From NCBI GenBank assembly GCA_035692345.1, contig DASSIA010000078.1, forward strand, positions 1 through 47,013: a DNA stretch of 47,013 bases, read 5' to 3'. The stretch's first letter is position 1. The number at the start of each line of letters is the position of its first letter. This document shows positions 16,951 to 26,353 of this stretch, one piece after another. The stretch comes from Arthrobacter sp. GTDB taxonomy: Bacteria > Actinomycetota > Actinomycetes > Actinomycetales > Micrococcaceae. A program made the translations under genes and the position numbers. The notes beneath the pieces are model-generated. The model saw only the letters and a program-made list of their open reading frames with translations. It did no database searches and had not been told where the DNA came from.

Positions 16951-17921
16951 GCCGCACCATCCCGGCCCGACGCGGGCGTCCGCCGGCGGCATTGTTGCCG
17001 CAACGAAGAATATCCCTTGCACTACGCATGAAGAGGATTTTTCGCGCCTGGCAGTTATACGTATTACTAGCGCCTTCCCTGATCTACATCCTGGTCTTTA
17101 AGTACTGGCCGATGTACGGGGTGCAGATCGCTTTCAAGAACTACAACCCCGCTGATGGGTTTACGGACAGCCCCTGGGTGGGCCTGACGCACTTCATCAG
17201 GTTCGTGAACTCCTACCAGTTCGGCCAGGTCCTCGGAAACACCCTGTGGATTGCGGTCCTGGGCCTGCTGGTGGCCTTCCCTATCCCCATCATCCTGGCC
17301 CTGCTGGTCAACCAGCTCCAGAGTGAGAGGTTCAAGAAGTTCACCCAGACGGTCTTGTATTCGCCCGCTTTCATCTCCACGGTCGTGGTGGTGGGCATCA
17401 TGTTCGTTGTCCTTTCCCCACGGTCGGGGCTGATCAACAACGCGATCCAACTGGCTGGCGGTGAGCCGATCTTCTTTATGGGTTCGGCGGAGTGGTTCCG
17501 TCCCATTTACGTGATCTCCGATGTCTGGCAGAACGCCGGGTTCTCCATGATTGTGTATCTGGCGGCCCTGGCGGCCATCGATCCGGCCCTGCACGACGCC
17601 GCCAAGGTCGACGGCGCATCGAAGCTGCAGCGGATCCGGCACATCGACCTGCCGGGCATCATGCCGGTGGTGACCATCCTCTTCATCCTGGCCATTGGCA
17701 ACCTGCTGAACGTCGGCTTCGAGAAGGCGCTGCTGATGCAGACGCCCTTGAACCTCTCAAGCTCCGAGATCATCCAGACGTACGTCTATCACGCGGGTCT
17801 GCAGCAGGCGCAGTTCAGTTATTCGGCCGCCATCGGCCTGTTCAACTCCCTCCTCAACCTGGCGCTCCTGCTCTTCTTCAACACGGTGGCGCGCCGGGCC
17901 AACCAAGCGACCCTGTGGTGA
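16947..17921 (+). CDS. Carbohydrate ABC transporter permease (LplB-like)
   Basis: TM helices; EAA-like loop LHDAAKVDGAS; ATGA overlap with lacI. Confidence 0.93.
   Translation: MSRTIPARRGRPPAALLPQRRISLALRMKRIFRAWQLYVLLAPSLIYILVFKYWPMYGVQIAFKNYNPADGFTDSPWVGLTHFIRFVNSYQFGQVLGNTLWIAVLGLLVAFPIPIILALLVNQLQSERFKKFTQTVLYSPAFISTVVVVGIMFVVLSPRSGLINNAIQLAGGEPIFFMGSAEWFRPIYVISDVWQNAGFSMIVYLAALAAIDPALHDAAKVDGASKLQRIRHIDLPGIMPVVTILFILAIGNLLNVGFEKALLMQTPLNLSSSEIIQTYVYHAGLQQAQFSYSAAIGLFNSLLNLALLLFFNTVARRANQATLW
17053..17068. promoter_or_regulatory. LacI-type auxiliary operator O2 (intragenic)
   Basis: AGTTATACGTATTACT, 14/16 identical to O1; AT-rich island inside a GC-rich CDS. Confidence 0.6.
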
Positions 17922-17928
17922 TGCCGAA

Positions 17929-18888
17929 ATGTCTCTGACGACCAACCCCCGCACTGCCGACAGCCCCGTACGGGCCGTCATTCAAGACCGCCCCAAGCGG
18001 ACGCTGAGGGACAGGTATGGTGACCGCGCCTTCAGCATCGCAGCCACAGCTATCCTGCTGCTGTCGATCCTGGCGGTTGTCTACCCTCTCTACTTCATCG
18101 TTATCGCCTCAGTCAGCGATCCGAACGCGATCTATGAAGGAAAAGTCTGGCTGTTCCCCTCCGGCGTGACTCTTGAGGGATACCAGCGGATATTCGCTGA
18201 CAGTCGGATCTGGAACGGGCTGGCCAACACCCTCGTATACACCGTCCTGGGCACGGTCGTCAGTGTCACCACGATCCTTTGCGGAGCCTACGCACTCTCA
18301 CGCAAGGACATGCCGGGCCGGAAAATCCTGATGCTCCTGTTCGTCATCACCATGTTCTTCGACGGCGGACTCATCACCAAGTACCTGGTGGTCCGCGACC
18401 TGGGCATGCTGAACACCGTCTGGGCTGTTGTCCTTCCCGGCGCGGTGGGGGTGTGGAACCTGATCATCGCGCGGTCGTTCTTCGAACACACCATCCCGAA
18501 CGAACTCCGCGAAGCCGCCCAGATGGACGGCGCCACCGACTTCAAGTTCTTCTTCAAGATGGTGCTGCCGCTCTCCAAGCCCCTGATCATGCTCATGGTC
18601 ATGATCCACGTCGTGGCCCAATGGAATTCGTTCTTCGATGCCCTGATCTTCCTGAACGACGACTCCAAGTACCCGCTGCAGCTTGTGCTGCGCAACATCC
18701 TCATCCAATCCGATGTTTCATCCACCGGCACCACCGGAGGAGACATCCAGTCCTATGCCGCAGCGCAAAGGATCGCAGAGCTCACCAAGTACGCCATGAT
18801 CGTCGTCTCGAGCCTGCCGCTAATGATTGCCCTGCCATTCATGCAGAAGCACTTCACCAAGGGCGCCATGATCGGCGCCGTGAAATAG
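17929..18888 (+). CDS. Carbohydrate ABC transporter permease
   Basis: ELREAAQMDGA EAA loop; KHFTKGAMIGAVK C-terminus. Confidence 0.93.
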   Translation: MSLTTNPRTADSPVRAVIQDRPKRTLRDRYGDRAFSIAATAILLLSILAVVYPLYFIVIASVSDPNAIYEGKVWLFPSGVTLEGYQRIFADSRIWNGLANTLVYTVLGTVVSVTTILCGAYALSRKDMPGRKILMLLFVITMFFDGGLITKYLVVRDLGMLNTVWAVVLPGAVGVWNLIIARSFFEHTIPNELREAAQMDGATDFKFFFKMVLPLSKPLIMLMVMIHVVAQWNSFFDALIFLNDDSKYPLQLVLRNILIQSDVSSTGTTGGDIQSYAAAQRIAELTKYAMIVVSSLPLMIALPFMQKHFTKGAMIGAVK

Positions 18889-18979
18889 ATCCCTCCCCTG
18901 CGTCAACCCGCCCCGGCAACCACCCGCCGTCGGCCTGCACCATACCCACCTCAAAAACCACCTCAGAATAGGAACGACC

Positions 18980-20587
18980 ATGGCAATCAGCCGCAAATAC
19001 GCCGTCCTCGGCGCCCTCCTGGCCGGAACGATGACGTTCACCGCCTGCTCGGGCGCCAAATCCGGCTCCCCGGAGATCAAAGACGCTTCCGCTGACTTTG
19101 GATTCCAGTCAACAGGTTTTCCGGTCGTCAGCAAACAGCTGACCCTGAAGTTCTCCGGCACCAAGACGGCCCTGGCCCCGGACTACAACACCATGACCGT
19201 GGTGAAGAACTGGGAGAAGGACACCAACATCCATATCGACTGGCAGAACCTGCCCGATACGGTCTTCCAGGAAAAGAAGAACCTCATCCTCGCCAGCGGG
19301 GACCTTCCCGATGCGTTCTTCAACACGGGTCTGACGGATGCAGAAATCGCCACGTACTCGGCCAGCGGCACCCTCATCCCGCTCGAGGGGCTCATCGAGA
19401 AGAACGCACCCAACCTCTCCAAACTGCTCGCGGCGCGGCCCGACATCAAGGCAGCCATCACTTCCTCTGACGGGCACATTTACTCCCTGCCCTCCGTCGA
19501 GGAGCTCGGCCTGGTCCAGTTCCCGAACGAACTGGCCGTCAACACCGCATGGCTGAAGAAACTCAACATCCCCATGCCCAAGACCATCAGCGAGTTCCAC
19601 GACGCCCTTCTGGCTTTCAAGAACCAGGACGCTTCCGGGACCGGCAAGACCATACCGCTGAGCTTCATGCCCGGTTCGTGGTGCGGGGACATCGTGGACC
19701 TCATCGCGGCCCTCGGCGGTGTGCCGGACAACATGGACCACCGGATCGTCCAGAACGACAAGGTGATTTTCACGCCCACCCAGGACGGCTACAAGAAGGC
19801 CATCCAGACCCTGCACCAGTGGTACCAGGAAGGCCTGATCGATCCGGAGTCCTTCTCCCAGGACGACAAGGCTTACCTCGCCAAGGGCAAGGCGGCCACG
19901 GAAAACCTCGGCTCCTTCGTCTGGTGGGAAGTCCCCGAGATGGTCGGCGCAGACCGCGCCACCGACTATTCCCTCGTGCCCGTCCTCCAAGGCGTGGACG
20001 GCAAGCGCATCGCCAGCCAGGCCAACAACCAGGAAATCGCCCGCGGTGCGTTCGCCATCACCCGGGCCGACAAATACCCCGCCGCAACCATGCGCTGGGC
20101 CGACAACCTCTACGATCCCATCCAGTCCGCCCAGGCCAACTGGGGACCGATCGGTGAAACCCTCCAAAAGGACGCCAACGGGCTGCTGGTACAGATCCCC
20201 GCCGCAGCCGGCACCAGTGAAGGCGAACGCCGCCAGAAGGTCGCCCCGGGCGGACCGAAGGCCAACACCGCCGAGAACTTCAAAACGGTCGTAGCACCCG
20301 AACCGCGCGCTGCGGAACGCCAGAAAACCGTCAACGACAACTACAAGCCCTTCGCCGGCAACGACGGCTATCCCCCGGTGGCCCTGTCCACGGAGGAACT
20401 CCAGCAGATCAGCAACATCGAGACTGACACCAGTTCCCTGGTCAAACAGAACATCGCCAAATGGATCGTCTCCGGCGGCATTGAGCAGGAATGGGACGGC
20501 TATGTCACCCAGCTCAAGAACATCGGCGTCGACAAAATGATCGAGGTCTACCAGCAGGCCTACGACCGCTACAAGAAGAACTCCTAG
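18980..20587 (+). CDS. ABC transporter substrate-binding lipoprotein
   Basis: Lipobox FTAC; LASGDLPD, GHIYSLP, WYQEGLIDPE. Confidence 0.92.
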   Translation: MAISRKYAVLGALLAGTMTFTACSGAKSGSPEIKDASADFGFQSTGFPVVSKQLTLKFSGTKTALAPDYNTMTVVKNWEKDTNIHIDWQNLPDTVFQEKKNLILASGDLPDAFFNTGLTDAEIATYSASGTLIPLEGLIEKNAPNLSKLLAARPDIKAAITSSDGHIYSLPSVEELGLVQFPNELAVNTAWLKKLNIPMPKTISEFHDALLAFKNQDASGTGKTIPLSFMPGSWCGDIVDLIAALGGVPDNMDHRIVQNDKVIFTPTQDGYKKAIQTLHQWYQEGLIDPESFSQDDKAYLAKGKAATENLGSFVWWEVPEMVGADRATDYSLVPVLQGVDGKRIASQANNQEIARGAFAITRADKYPAATMRWADNLYDPIQSAQANWGPIGETLQKDANGLLVQIPAAAGTSEGERRQKVAPGGPKANTAENFKTVVAPEPRAAERQKTVNDNYKPFAGNDGYPPVALSTEELQQISNIETDTSSLVKQNIAKWIVSGGIEQEWDGYVTQLKNIGVDKMIEVYQQAYDRYKKNS

Positions 20588-20594
20588 TCCCCGC

Positions 20595-20631
20595 GCAGGT
20601 GGGCCGGCGATCCCCTCGCCGGCCCACCTGC
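20595..20631 (+). terminator. Strong hairpin after the SBP gene (stabiliser or partial terminator)
   Basis: Perfect 16-bp stem GCAGGTGGGCCGGCGA / TCGCCGGCCCACCTGC with a TCCCC loop; no U-tract. Confidence 0.7.
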
Positions 20632-20706
20632 CGCGAACCATCGATGCGCTGGCTTCCCACGGGACGTGCAACGCCCAGACCTGCCAAGAAACGAGACACA
20701 ACCTTC

Positions 20707-22215
20707 ATGACTGCCGCGACCGCCACGACAGCCGAAACATTCCGGCCGGCCCTGCACTACGCAGCCCGGAACACCTGGCTCAATGACCCCAACGGCCTGA
20801 TCCATCATGAGGGTGTCTACCACCTCTACTACCAGAACAACCCGTTGGGTAACGTCTGGGGAAACATGTCCTGGGGACACGCGACGTCCACGGACCTGCT
20901 CACCTGGACAGAGCACCCCGTCGCCATCGCCTGCGACGATGAAGAAGACATCTTCTCCGGCAGCATCGTCTTTGACCGCCACAACAGCAGCGGCTTCGGC
21001 ACCCCCTCAGCCCCGCCCCTGGTCGCCGTTTATACCAGCGCCTTCAAGCCCGGCTCCGCACATGAGGGCATCCAGGCACAGTCCCTGGCCTACAGCCTGG
21101 ACGGTGGCTACACCTGGACCAAACACAAAGACAACCCCGTACTCAGCCGCGGTTCGGCCGAGTTCCGCGACCCCAAGGTCATAAGGTACGACGGCGGTGC
21201 AGGCAGCTATTGGGTCATGGTCGCCGTGGAAGCCACGGACTTCCAGGTGGTGCTGTACAAGTCCGCTGACCTGAAGAGCTGGGAGTTGCTGAGCAGCTTC
21301 GGCCCGGCTAACGCCACCGGCGGCGTCTGGGAATGCCCTGACCTGTTCGCCTTGCCTGTCGACGGTGATCCGGACAACCTCAAGTGGGTCCTGACCGTCA
21401 ATCTCAATCCCGGTGGCCCCAACAACGGCTCGGCCGGGCAGTACTTCGTGGGAGACTTCGACGGGACCGCTTTCACCTCCGCCACCACGGTCACTGAAGG
21501 CCTGCAGGATCCGGACAGGCTGGGCGAGTATCAGTGGCTCGACTGGGGCCGGGACTACTACGCAGCTGTTTCCTTCAGCGACGCGCCCGACAACCGCCGC
21601 CTCATGATCGCCTGGATGAACAACTGGGAATACGCCAACCAGATCCCCACCTCACCCTGGCGCAGCCCCATGACGCTGGTCCGCGAAATCTCACTCCACA
21701 CCAGCGAGGGAAACCTGGGCCTGGTGCAGCGGCCCGTGGGTGACTGGGCCGCACTGGCTGACCCCGCCAAGCCTTTCCGCCTTTCCGAAACCACCATTAC
21801 GGATGGGACCCAGGTCCTCGATGGGGCCGCCGGCACCGTCCAGCGCATCGACGCCACGTTCGCCCCCGGAACCGCCGAGGAGTTCGGCCTTATCCTGCGA
21901 GGAGACGGCGTGCAGGGAACACGTGTGGGCATTCGGGCCGCAGAGGGCTCCCTGATCCTCGACCGCAGGGAATCCGGGCAATCAGACTTCCACGAATCCT
22001 TCCCGTCCTTTGACACGGCACCCCTTCGGACGACAACAGGGACCTACGATCTCACCATCTTCGTGGACCGCTGCTCCGTCGAAGTCTTCGCCCAGGGAGG
22101 CCAGGTCACCATGACCGAATTGATCTTCCCGGCCAACACCAGCACCGAGGTCGCACTGTACGCCATCGGCGGGAGAGCAACTTTGAATAGCTTGAGTGTC
22201 ACGCAATACGCATAA
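20707..22215 (+). CDS. Glycoside hydrolase family 32 (beta-fructofuranosidase / levanase / inulinase-like), no signal peptide
   Basis: WLNDPNG, WGHATS, FSGS, FRDPKV, WECPDL, DWGRDYYA, SVEVF. Confidence 0.94.
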   Translation: MTAATATTAETFRPALHYAARNTWLNDPNGLIHHEGVYHLYYQNNPLGNVWGNMSWGHATSTDLLTWTEHPVAIACDDEEDIFSGSIVFDRHNSSGFGTPSAPPLVAVYTSAFKPGSAHEGIQAQSLAYSLDGGYTWTKHKDNPVLSRGSAEFRDPKVIRYDGGAGSYWVMVAVEATDFQVVLYKSADLKSWELLSSFGPANATGGVWECPDLFALPVDGDPDNLKWVLTVNLNPGGPNNGSAGQYFVGDFDGTAFTSATTVTEGLQDPDRLGEYQWLDWGRDYYAAVSFSDAPDNRRLMIAWMNNWEYANQIPTSPWRSPMTLVREISLHTSEGNLGLVQRPVGDWAALADPAKPFRLSETTITDGTQVLDGAAGTVQRIDATFAPGTAEEFGLILRGDGVQGTRVGIRAAEGSLILDRRESGQSDFHESFPSFDTAPLRTTTGTYDLTIFVDRCSVEVFAQGGQVTMTELIFPANTSTEVALYAIGGRATLNSLSVTQYA

Positions 22216-22309
22216 GAGTCCGGCAGCTACGACTTTAGAGGAACCTCGGATCCATCTGCAGCCAGCCACGTAGTCAAGGCTGCGCCCCCTTTTTCTGACA
22301 GGAAATTTT

Positions 22310-23305
22310 ATGCAATACCGCAAACTCGGCAACAGCGGCATGTACGTCAGCGCGATTGCCCTGGGCAACTGGGCCACCCACGGGGAAACGTTGGACCAGG
22401 ACGTCGCCACCGCATGCGTGCGCAAGGCCTTGGACCTTGGCGTTACCACTTTCGACACTGCAGACGCCTATGCAGGCACCAAAGCTGAAACCATGCTCGG
22501 CGAAGCCCTCAAAGGCGTGCGCCGTGAAGGTATCGAGGTCATGACCAAGGCTTTCTTTCCCACAGGAACGGGCAAGAACGACCGCGGACTGTCCCGCAAG
22601 CACATCATGGAATCCATCAATGGATCGCTGCGTCGGCTCCAGACGGACTACGTTGATGTTTACCAGGCGCACCGCTATGACTACGAAACCCCGCTGGAAG
22701 AAACGATGGGTGCCTTCGCGGACATCGTCCATGCCGGCAAAGCCCATTACATTGGCGTGTCCGAGTGGACCGTTCAAGAGATCCGCGCCGGCGCGGCCCT
22801 GGCGGCCGAGCTGGGCATCCAGTTCGTGTCGAGCCAGCCGCAGTACAACATGCTGTGGCGCGTGATCGAACCCGAAGTCGTCCCGGCCTGCGCGGAGCTT
22901 GGGATCACCCAGGTCTGCTGGTCGCCGCTGGCCCAAGGCGTGCTGAGCGGCAAGTACAGCGCTTCCACCGTTCCTGCAGGCAGCCGTTTCAGCGCCGTCG
23001 ACGGCACCTTGAACACCGAACACAGGTTCATGCAGCCGGCGGTGCTGGAACGGGTGGAGAAGCTCAAGCCGATCGCCGCGGATCTCGGTGTTCCGCTGGC
23101 CACCCTGGCCGTGGCCTGGGTGTTGGCACATCCGAACGTTTCCGCGGCGATTGTCGGCGCCAGCCGCCCCGAACAGCTCGAAGACACGGTCAAATCGGCC
23201 GGCCTTGTCCTCGGGCACGAAACGCTCGAACTGATCGACGGCGCTCTTGGCGATGTTGTGGAGCGCGACCCCGCCAAAGTGGAGTCGTTCGCTCAGCGCG
23301 TCTAA
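22310..23305 (+). CDS. Aldo/keto reductase
   Basis: MQYRKLGNSG, FDTADAY, SLRRLQTDYVDVYQAH, IGVSEW, WSPLAQGVLSGKY. Confidence 0.93.
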   Translation: MQYRKLGNSGMYVSAIALGNWATHGETLDQDVATACVRKALDLGVTTFDTADAYAGTKAETMLGEALKGVRREGIEVMTKAFFPTGTGKNDRGLSRKHIMESINGSLRRLQTDYVDVYQAHRYDYETPLEETMGAFADIVHAGKAHYIGVSEWTVQEIRAGAALAAELGIQFVSSQPQYNMLWRVIEPEVVPACAELGITQVCWSPLAQGVLSGKYSASTVPAGSRFSAVDGTLNTEHRFMQPAVLERVEKLKPIAADLGVPLATLAVAWVLAHPNVSAAIVGASRPEQLEDTVKSAGLVLGHETLELIDGALGDVVERDPAKVESFAQRV

Positions 23306-23958
23306 GCCAGGACGGCCGTAACTGCGTGGACGCCGACCTCGGCAGCGAGGAAACCGCGTACATCGGACAGTTCATCCGCGTTGATGCCGTGTGCCAGTCC
23401 CGGATAGAGCCGCTCTGTCAGCGAGGTGTGCCGCGGAAGATACTCGCTGCTGCGGGTAATAGCCACCGGGGCGATGACCCGGTCTTCGGAGCCCCGGCCC
23501 CAGAAGAGGGAGGGGCGGCTGGCGAGAAGGGTCTCATCGCCCGGCTGCGGACCGCCCAGCACAAATCCGCCCAGAACGACGGGGGCCACCACCCGTTCGG
23601 GCCGGGTGCGCAGCAGTTGGCTGGCCATAAGGCCACCCTGCGAGAAGCCGATGGGCACGATGCGGGTAGCGGGGGCAACGTTGGCCTCGATCCAGGCCCA
23701 GATAGCCTCGGTTGCTGCCTCAACCGGCTCGGCGTCGGGGTTACCGGGGGTGGTGATCGAGAACCAGGCTGCTCCGCCATTGCCAAGCTCAAGCGGCGCG
23801 CGCAGTGATGCCCAGGGCAGGTTCAGGCCAAGCGCCGGCGCCAGCGAGCCGAGGTCGTGTTCGTTGGAGCCGAATCCGTGCAGGAAAAGTGCAACTGCAT
23901 CGGTTGCGGCCTTGGTGGTCCAGTCGTGCGAGCGCACGTCGCGCAGTGAAGTGTTCAT
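23302..23958 (-). CDS. Phospholipase/carboxylesterase (alpha/beta hydrolase)
   Basis: FLHGFGSN, GFSQGG nucleophile elbow, EDRVI, YPGLAHGI; AAGGAG RBS. Confidence 0.9.
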   Translation of the reverse strand: MNTSLRDVRSHDWTTKAATDAVALFLHGFGSNEHDLGSLAPALGLNLPWASLRAPLELGNGGAAWFSITTPGNPDAEPVEAATEAIWAWIEANVAPATRIVPIGFSQGGLMASQLLRTRPERVVAPVVLGGFVLGGPQPGDETLLASRPSLFWGRGSEDRVIAPVAITRSSEYLPRHTSLTERLYPGLAHGINADELSDVRGFLAAEVGVHAVTAVLA

Positions 23959-24199
23959 GTGGAAAATCAGCTCCTTGAGCTCAGGAAACGGGGTCTGGTA
24001 TCCCACTCAACAATACACTATTTACTTGCAGCTTCAACCAAAGAAGGTCGGTCGTGCTGCGGCCGGGCGAGTGCGCTGCCCCGGCCCTGTTGGCGGATCA
24101 GTTCCAGCACCGTGATGGGACAATTCCTGTCCACGCTCCCTCCATCACAGCACCGGACTAATCCGGGCCCTTTGCGCCAGCCGGCATCCGGGCGGCCGC

Positions 24200-24215
24200 A
24201 GGACCAACGACTCTG
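24200..24215 (+). promoter_or_regulatory. DosR/OsdR-like box (degenerate)
   Basis: AGGACCAACGACTCTG, followed by CAGTCT at the same +22 offset seen at the other boxes. Confidence 0.5.
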
Positions 24216-24319
24216 TTGCCCAGCCGTCCCCCAAGGCAGTCTGGTAAGACGATGGGATTTCCGGGAAGGAGCACACGTTGTGATCGCGAATGCTGCGGCC
24301 GTACCGGGAAGAGTCTGCC

Positions 24320-24646
24320 ATGAACGTTGATCTCCCTGCCCTGCCTGCCGGTCTCCTGGTGACGCTGGGGGTCCTGGCACTGTCCGGGCTGGTCCTGGAC
24401 GCGATCGCGTTGATCGACCTATACCAGCGGCCTGCCGAACAGGTAGTGTCCGGCCGGAAGTGGGTCTGGCTTGTGCTGATCCTTCTCCTGAGCCTTCTCG
24501 GCCCGGGTCTGTATCTTCTGGCGGGCCGCAAGCGCGACTCCCGTACGGGCACACCTGCCGGATCGTTCCGCCCATCGCAGCCGCCCGGCGCCGCCGACGT
24601 CATTGACAGACTCTATGGTCCTCCGGGCCACACCTCCCGACAGTGA
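24320..24646 (+). CDS. PLDc N-terminal domain membrane protein (YxlE-like)
   Basis: ALIDLYQRP...KWVWLVLILLLSLLGPGLYLLAGR. Confidence 0.8.
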   Translation: MNVDLPALPAGLLVTLGVLALSGLVLDAIALIDLYQRPAEQVVSGRKWVWLVLILLLSLLGPGLYLLAGRKRDSRTGTPAGSFRPSQPPGAADVIDRLYGPPGHTSRQ

Positions 24647-25569
24647 ACCCTGCAATCGAGGCGGCCGGCCTGACCAAGGTTTTCGGGACGAAACGTGCCC
24701 TCGACGCCGTGGACCTTGCCGTGGAGGAAGGCTCCGTTTTTGGGTTTCTTGGTCCGAATGGTGCCGGAAAAACCACCATGCTCCGGCTGCTAAGCGGCCT
24801 GGCCAGGCCAACCTCGGGTTCGCTCCACGTGCTGGGGCGTCCCGTCCGGGGCACGTCAGCGGGCGCCATGACGGGATTCCTTCCGGACGTTCCCGCGTTC
24901 TACCACTGGATGACGGCTGCCGAAACGATGCGCTTCGCCGGCAGGCTGTATGGCATGGCCGGGAAGGAGTTGGACGACCGCGTTAACCTGCTTCTGGAGA
25001 TGGCAGGCCTCGCACAGGTAGGCTCGCGGATCGGGGAATACTCGCGCGGTATGAAGCAGCGCCTGGGCATTGCCCAGGCGCTCATCAACGCACCCCGGCT
25101 GCTGCTTTTGGACGAACCTACCGGCGCGCTTGATCCCATGGGACGAAAGGACGTCCTCGAACTCATCGCATCCTTGCGGGGCCGTACGACGGTGTTTTTC
25201 TCCACCCATATCCTCGGCGACGCCGAACGCGTGTGTGACGCTGTGGCCGTCCTGGACCATGGCCGGGTGGTGGCCCAGGCGCCCATCGAGGAACTGAAGG
25301 AACGGTACTCCAAACAGAGGATCGTCGTCGAAGTCACGTCCGGGGCTGACCGTTTGGCCGCGGACATCGCACGCTGCGGTTGGGCAAAATCCGTCCTGCT
25401 GGGAGCCTCCGGCGTGGTGGAGGTCGCCGTCACTGACCTCGCAGCTGCCCAGCACGAAATTCCTGCCATGGTCAGCCGCCAAGGGACGGGGCTTGCACGC
25501 CTGGAGGTCACCGAGATGGACCTTGAGCAGGTCTTTGTCCAGTTGGTCAGCGGCGGTGACCGGGCGTGA
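24643..25569 (+). CDS. ABC transporter ATP-binding protein
   Basis: GPNGAGKTT, YSRGMKQR, LLLDEP, STH. Confidence 0.94.
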   Translation: MNPAIEAAGLTKVFGTKRALDAVDLAVEEGSVFGFLGPNGAGKTTMLRLLSGLARPTSGSLHVLGRPVRGTSAGAMTGFLPDVPAFYHWMTAAETMRFAGRLYGMAGKELDDRVNLLLEMAGLAQVGSRIGEYSRGMKQRLGIAQALINAPRLLLLDEPTGALDPMGRKDVLELIASLRGRTTVFFSTHILGDAERVCDAVAVLDHGRVVAQAPIEELKERYSKQRIVVEVTSGADRLAADIARCGWAKSVLLGASGVVEVAVTDLAAAQHEIPAMVSRQGTGLARLEVTEMDLEQVFVQLVSGGDRA

Positions 25570-26330
25570 ACGGATCACTTGTGTTTGCCCGCAAGGAGGC
25601 TCTGGAGATTGTCAGGACCTGGCGCATCTGGGTGCTGCCCTCCATTATCGTGTTTTTCGCCCTCACCGGTCCTCCGCTCGCACGGTTCACCCCCGATCTG
25701 ATCAACACCTTGGCCGGTGACCAGCTCGGCCAATTCACGTTGCCGCCGCCGACGTACCTGGACTCCTACGGGCAGTGGATCAAGAACCTGTCCCAGACGG
25801 TGCTGTTCGCACTCATCATCATCTACGGCGGCCTCATCTCCGCCGAAGTCCGGAACGGCACTGCCGTCTTTGTCCTCACGAAGCCGGTGACCCGGGCGGC
25901 GTTCATCATCGTCAAGGCAGTCGTCCACTCCTTGTTCCTGGCGGTGCTCCTACTGGCCGGAACACTCATTACCTGGGGCATGACCGGCGCCGTCTTCGGT
26001 GAAGCGCCGGCGCCCAGGGTGTGGGAATCAGCTCTTCTCTGGCTGGCGTTCGGCGTCTTCTTCATCGCATTGATGACAGTTTTGTCCGTCGTGATTCCAG
26101 CCCCGGCAGGGGCTGCCGGGGCCGGGCTCGGCGCCTACATCCTGCTTTCGATCGGCGCGGTCTGGAAGCCGCTGAGCACGTACTCGCCGGCGGGCATAAC
26201 CGGCCAAGCCTCCGCACTGGCCGCAGGCGCCGACATCTCCTCTCCGCTGTGGACCGTGACGGCCTCGGCCGTCCTGTCCGTGGCTTTGGTCTGGCTCGCC
26301 GCGGCTCTCTTCCGCCGCAAGGAACTCTAA
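25566..26330 (+). CDS. ABC-2 type permease (YxlG-like)
   Basis: FARKEALEIVRT, EVRNGTAVFVLTKPVTR, about 6 TM helices; GTGA overlap with the ATPase gene. Confidence 0.88.
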   Translation: MNGSLVFARKEALEIVRTWRIWVLPSIIVFFALTGPPLARFTPDLINTLAGDQLGQFTLPPPTYLDSYGQWIKNLSQTVLFALIIIYGGLISAEVRNGTAVFVLTKPVTRAAFIIVKAVVHSLFLAVLLLAGTLITWGMTGAVFGEAPAPRVWESALLWLAFGVFFIALMTVLSVVIPAPAGAAGAGLGAYILLSIGAVWKPLSTYSPAGITGQASALAAGADISSPLWTVTASAVLSVALVWLAAALFRRKEL

Positions 26331-26353
26331 AAGCGAAGCCAGGCACGAGGACA

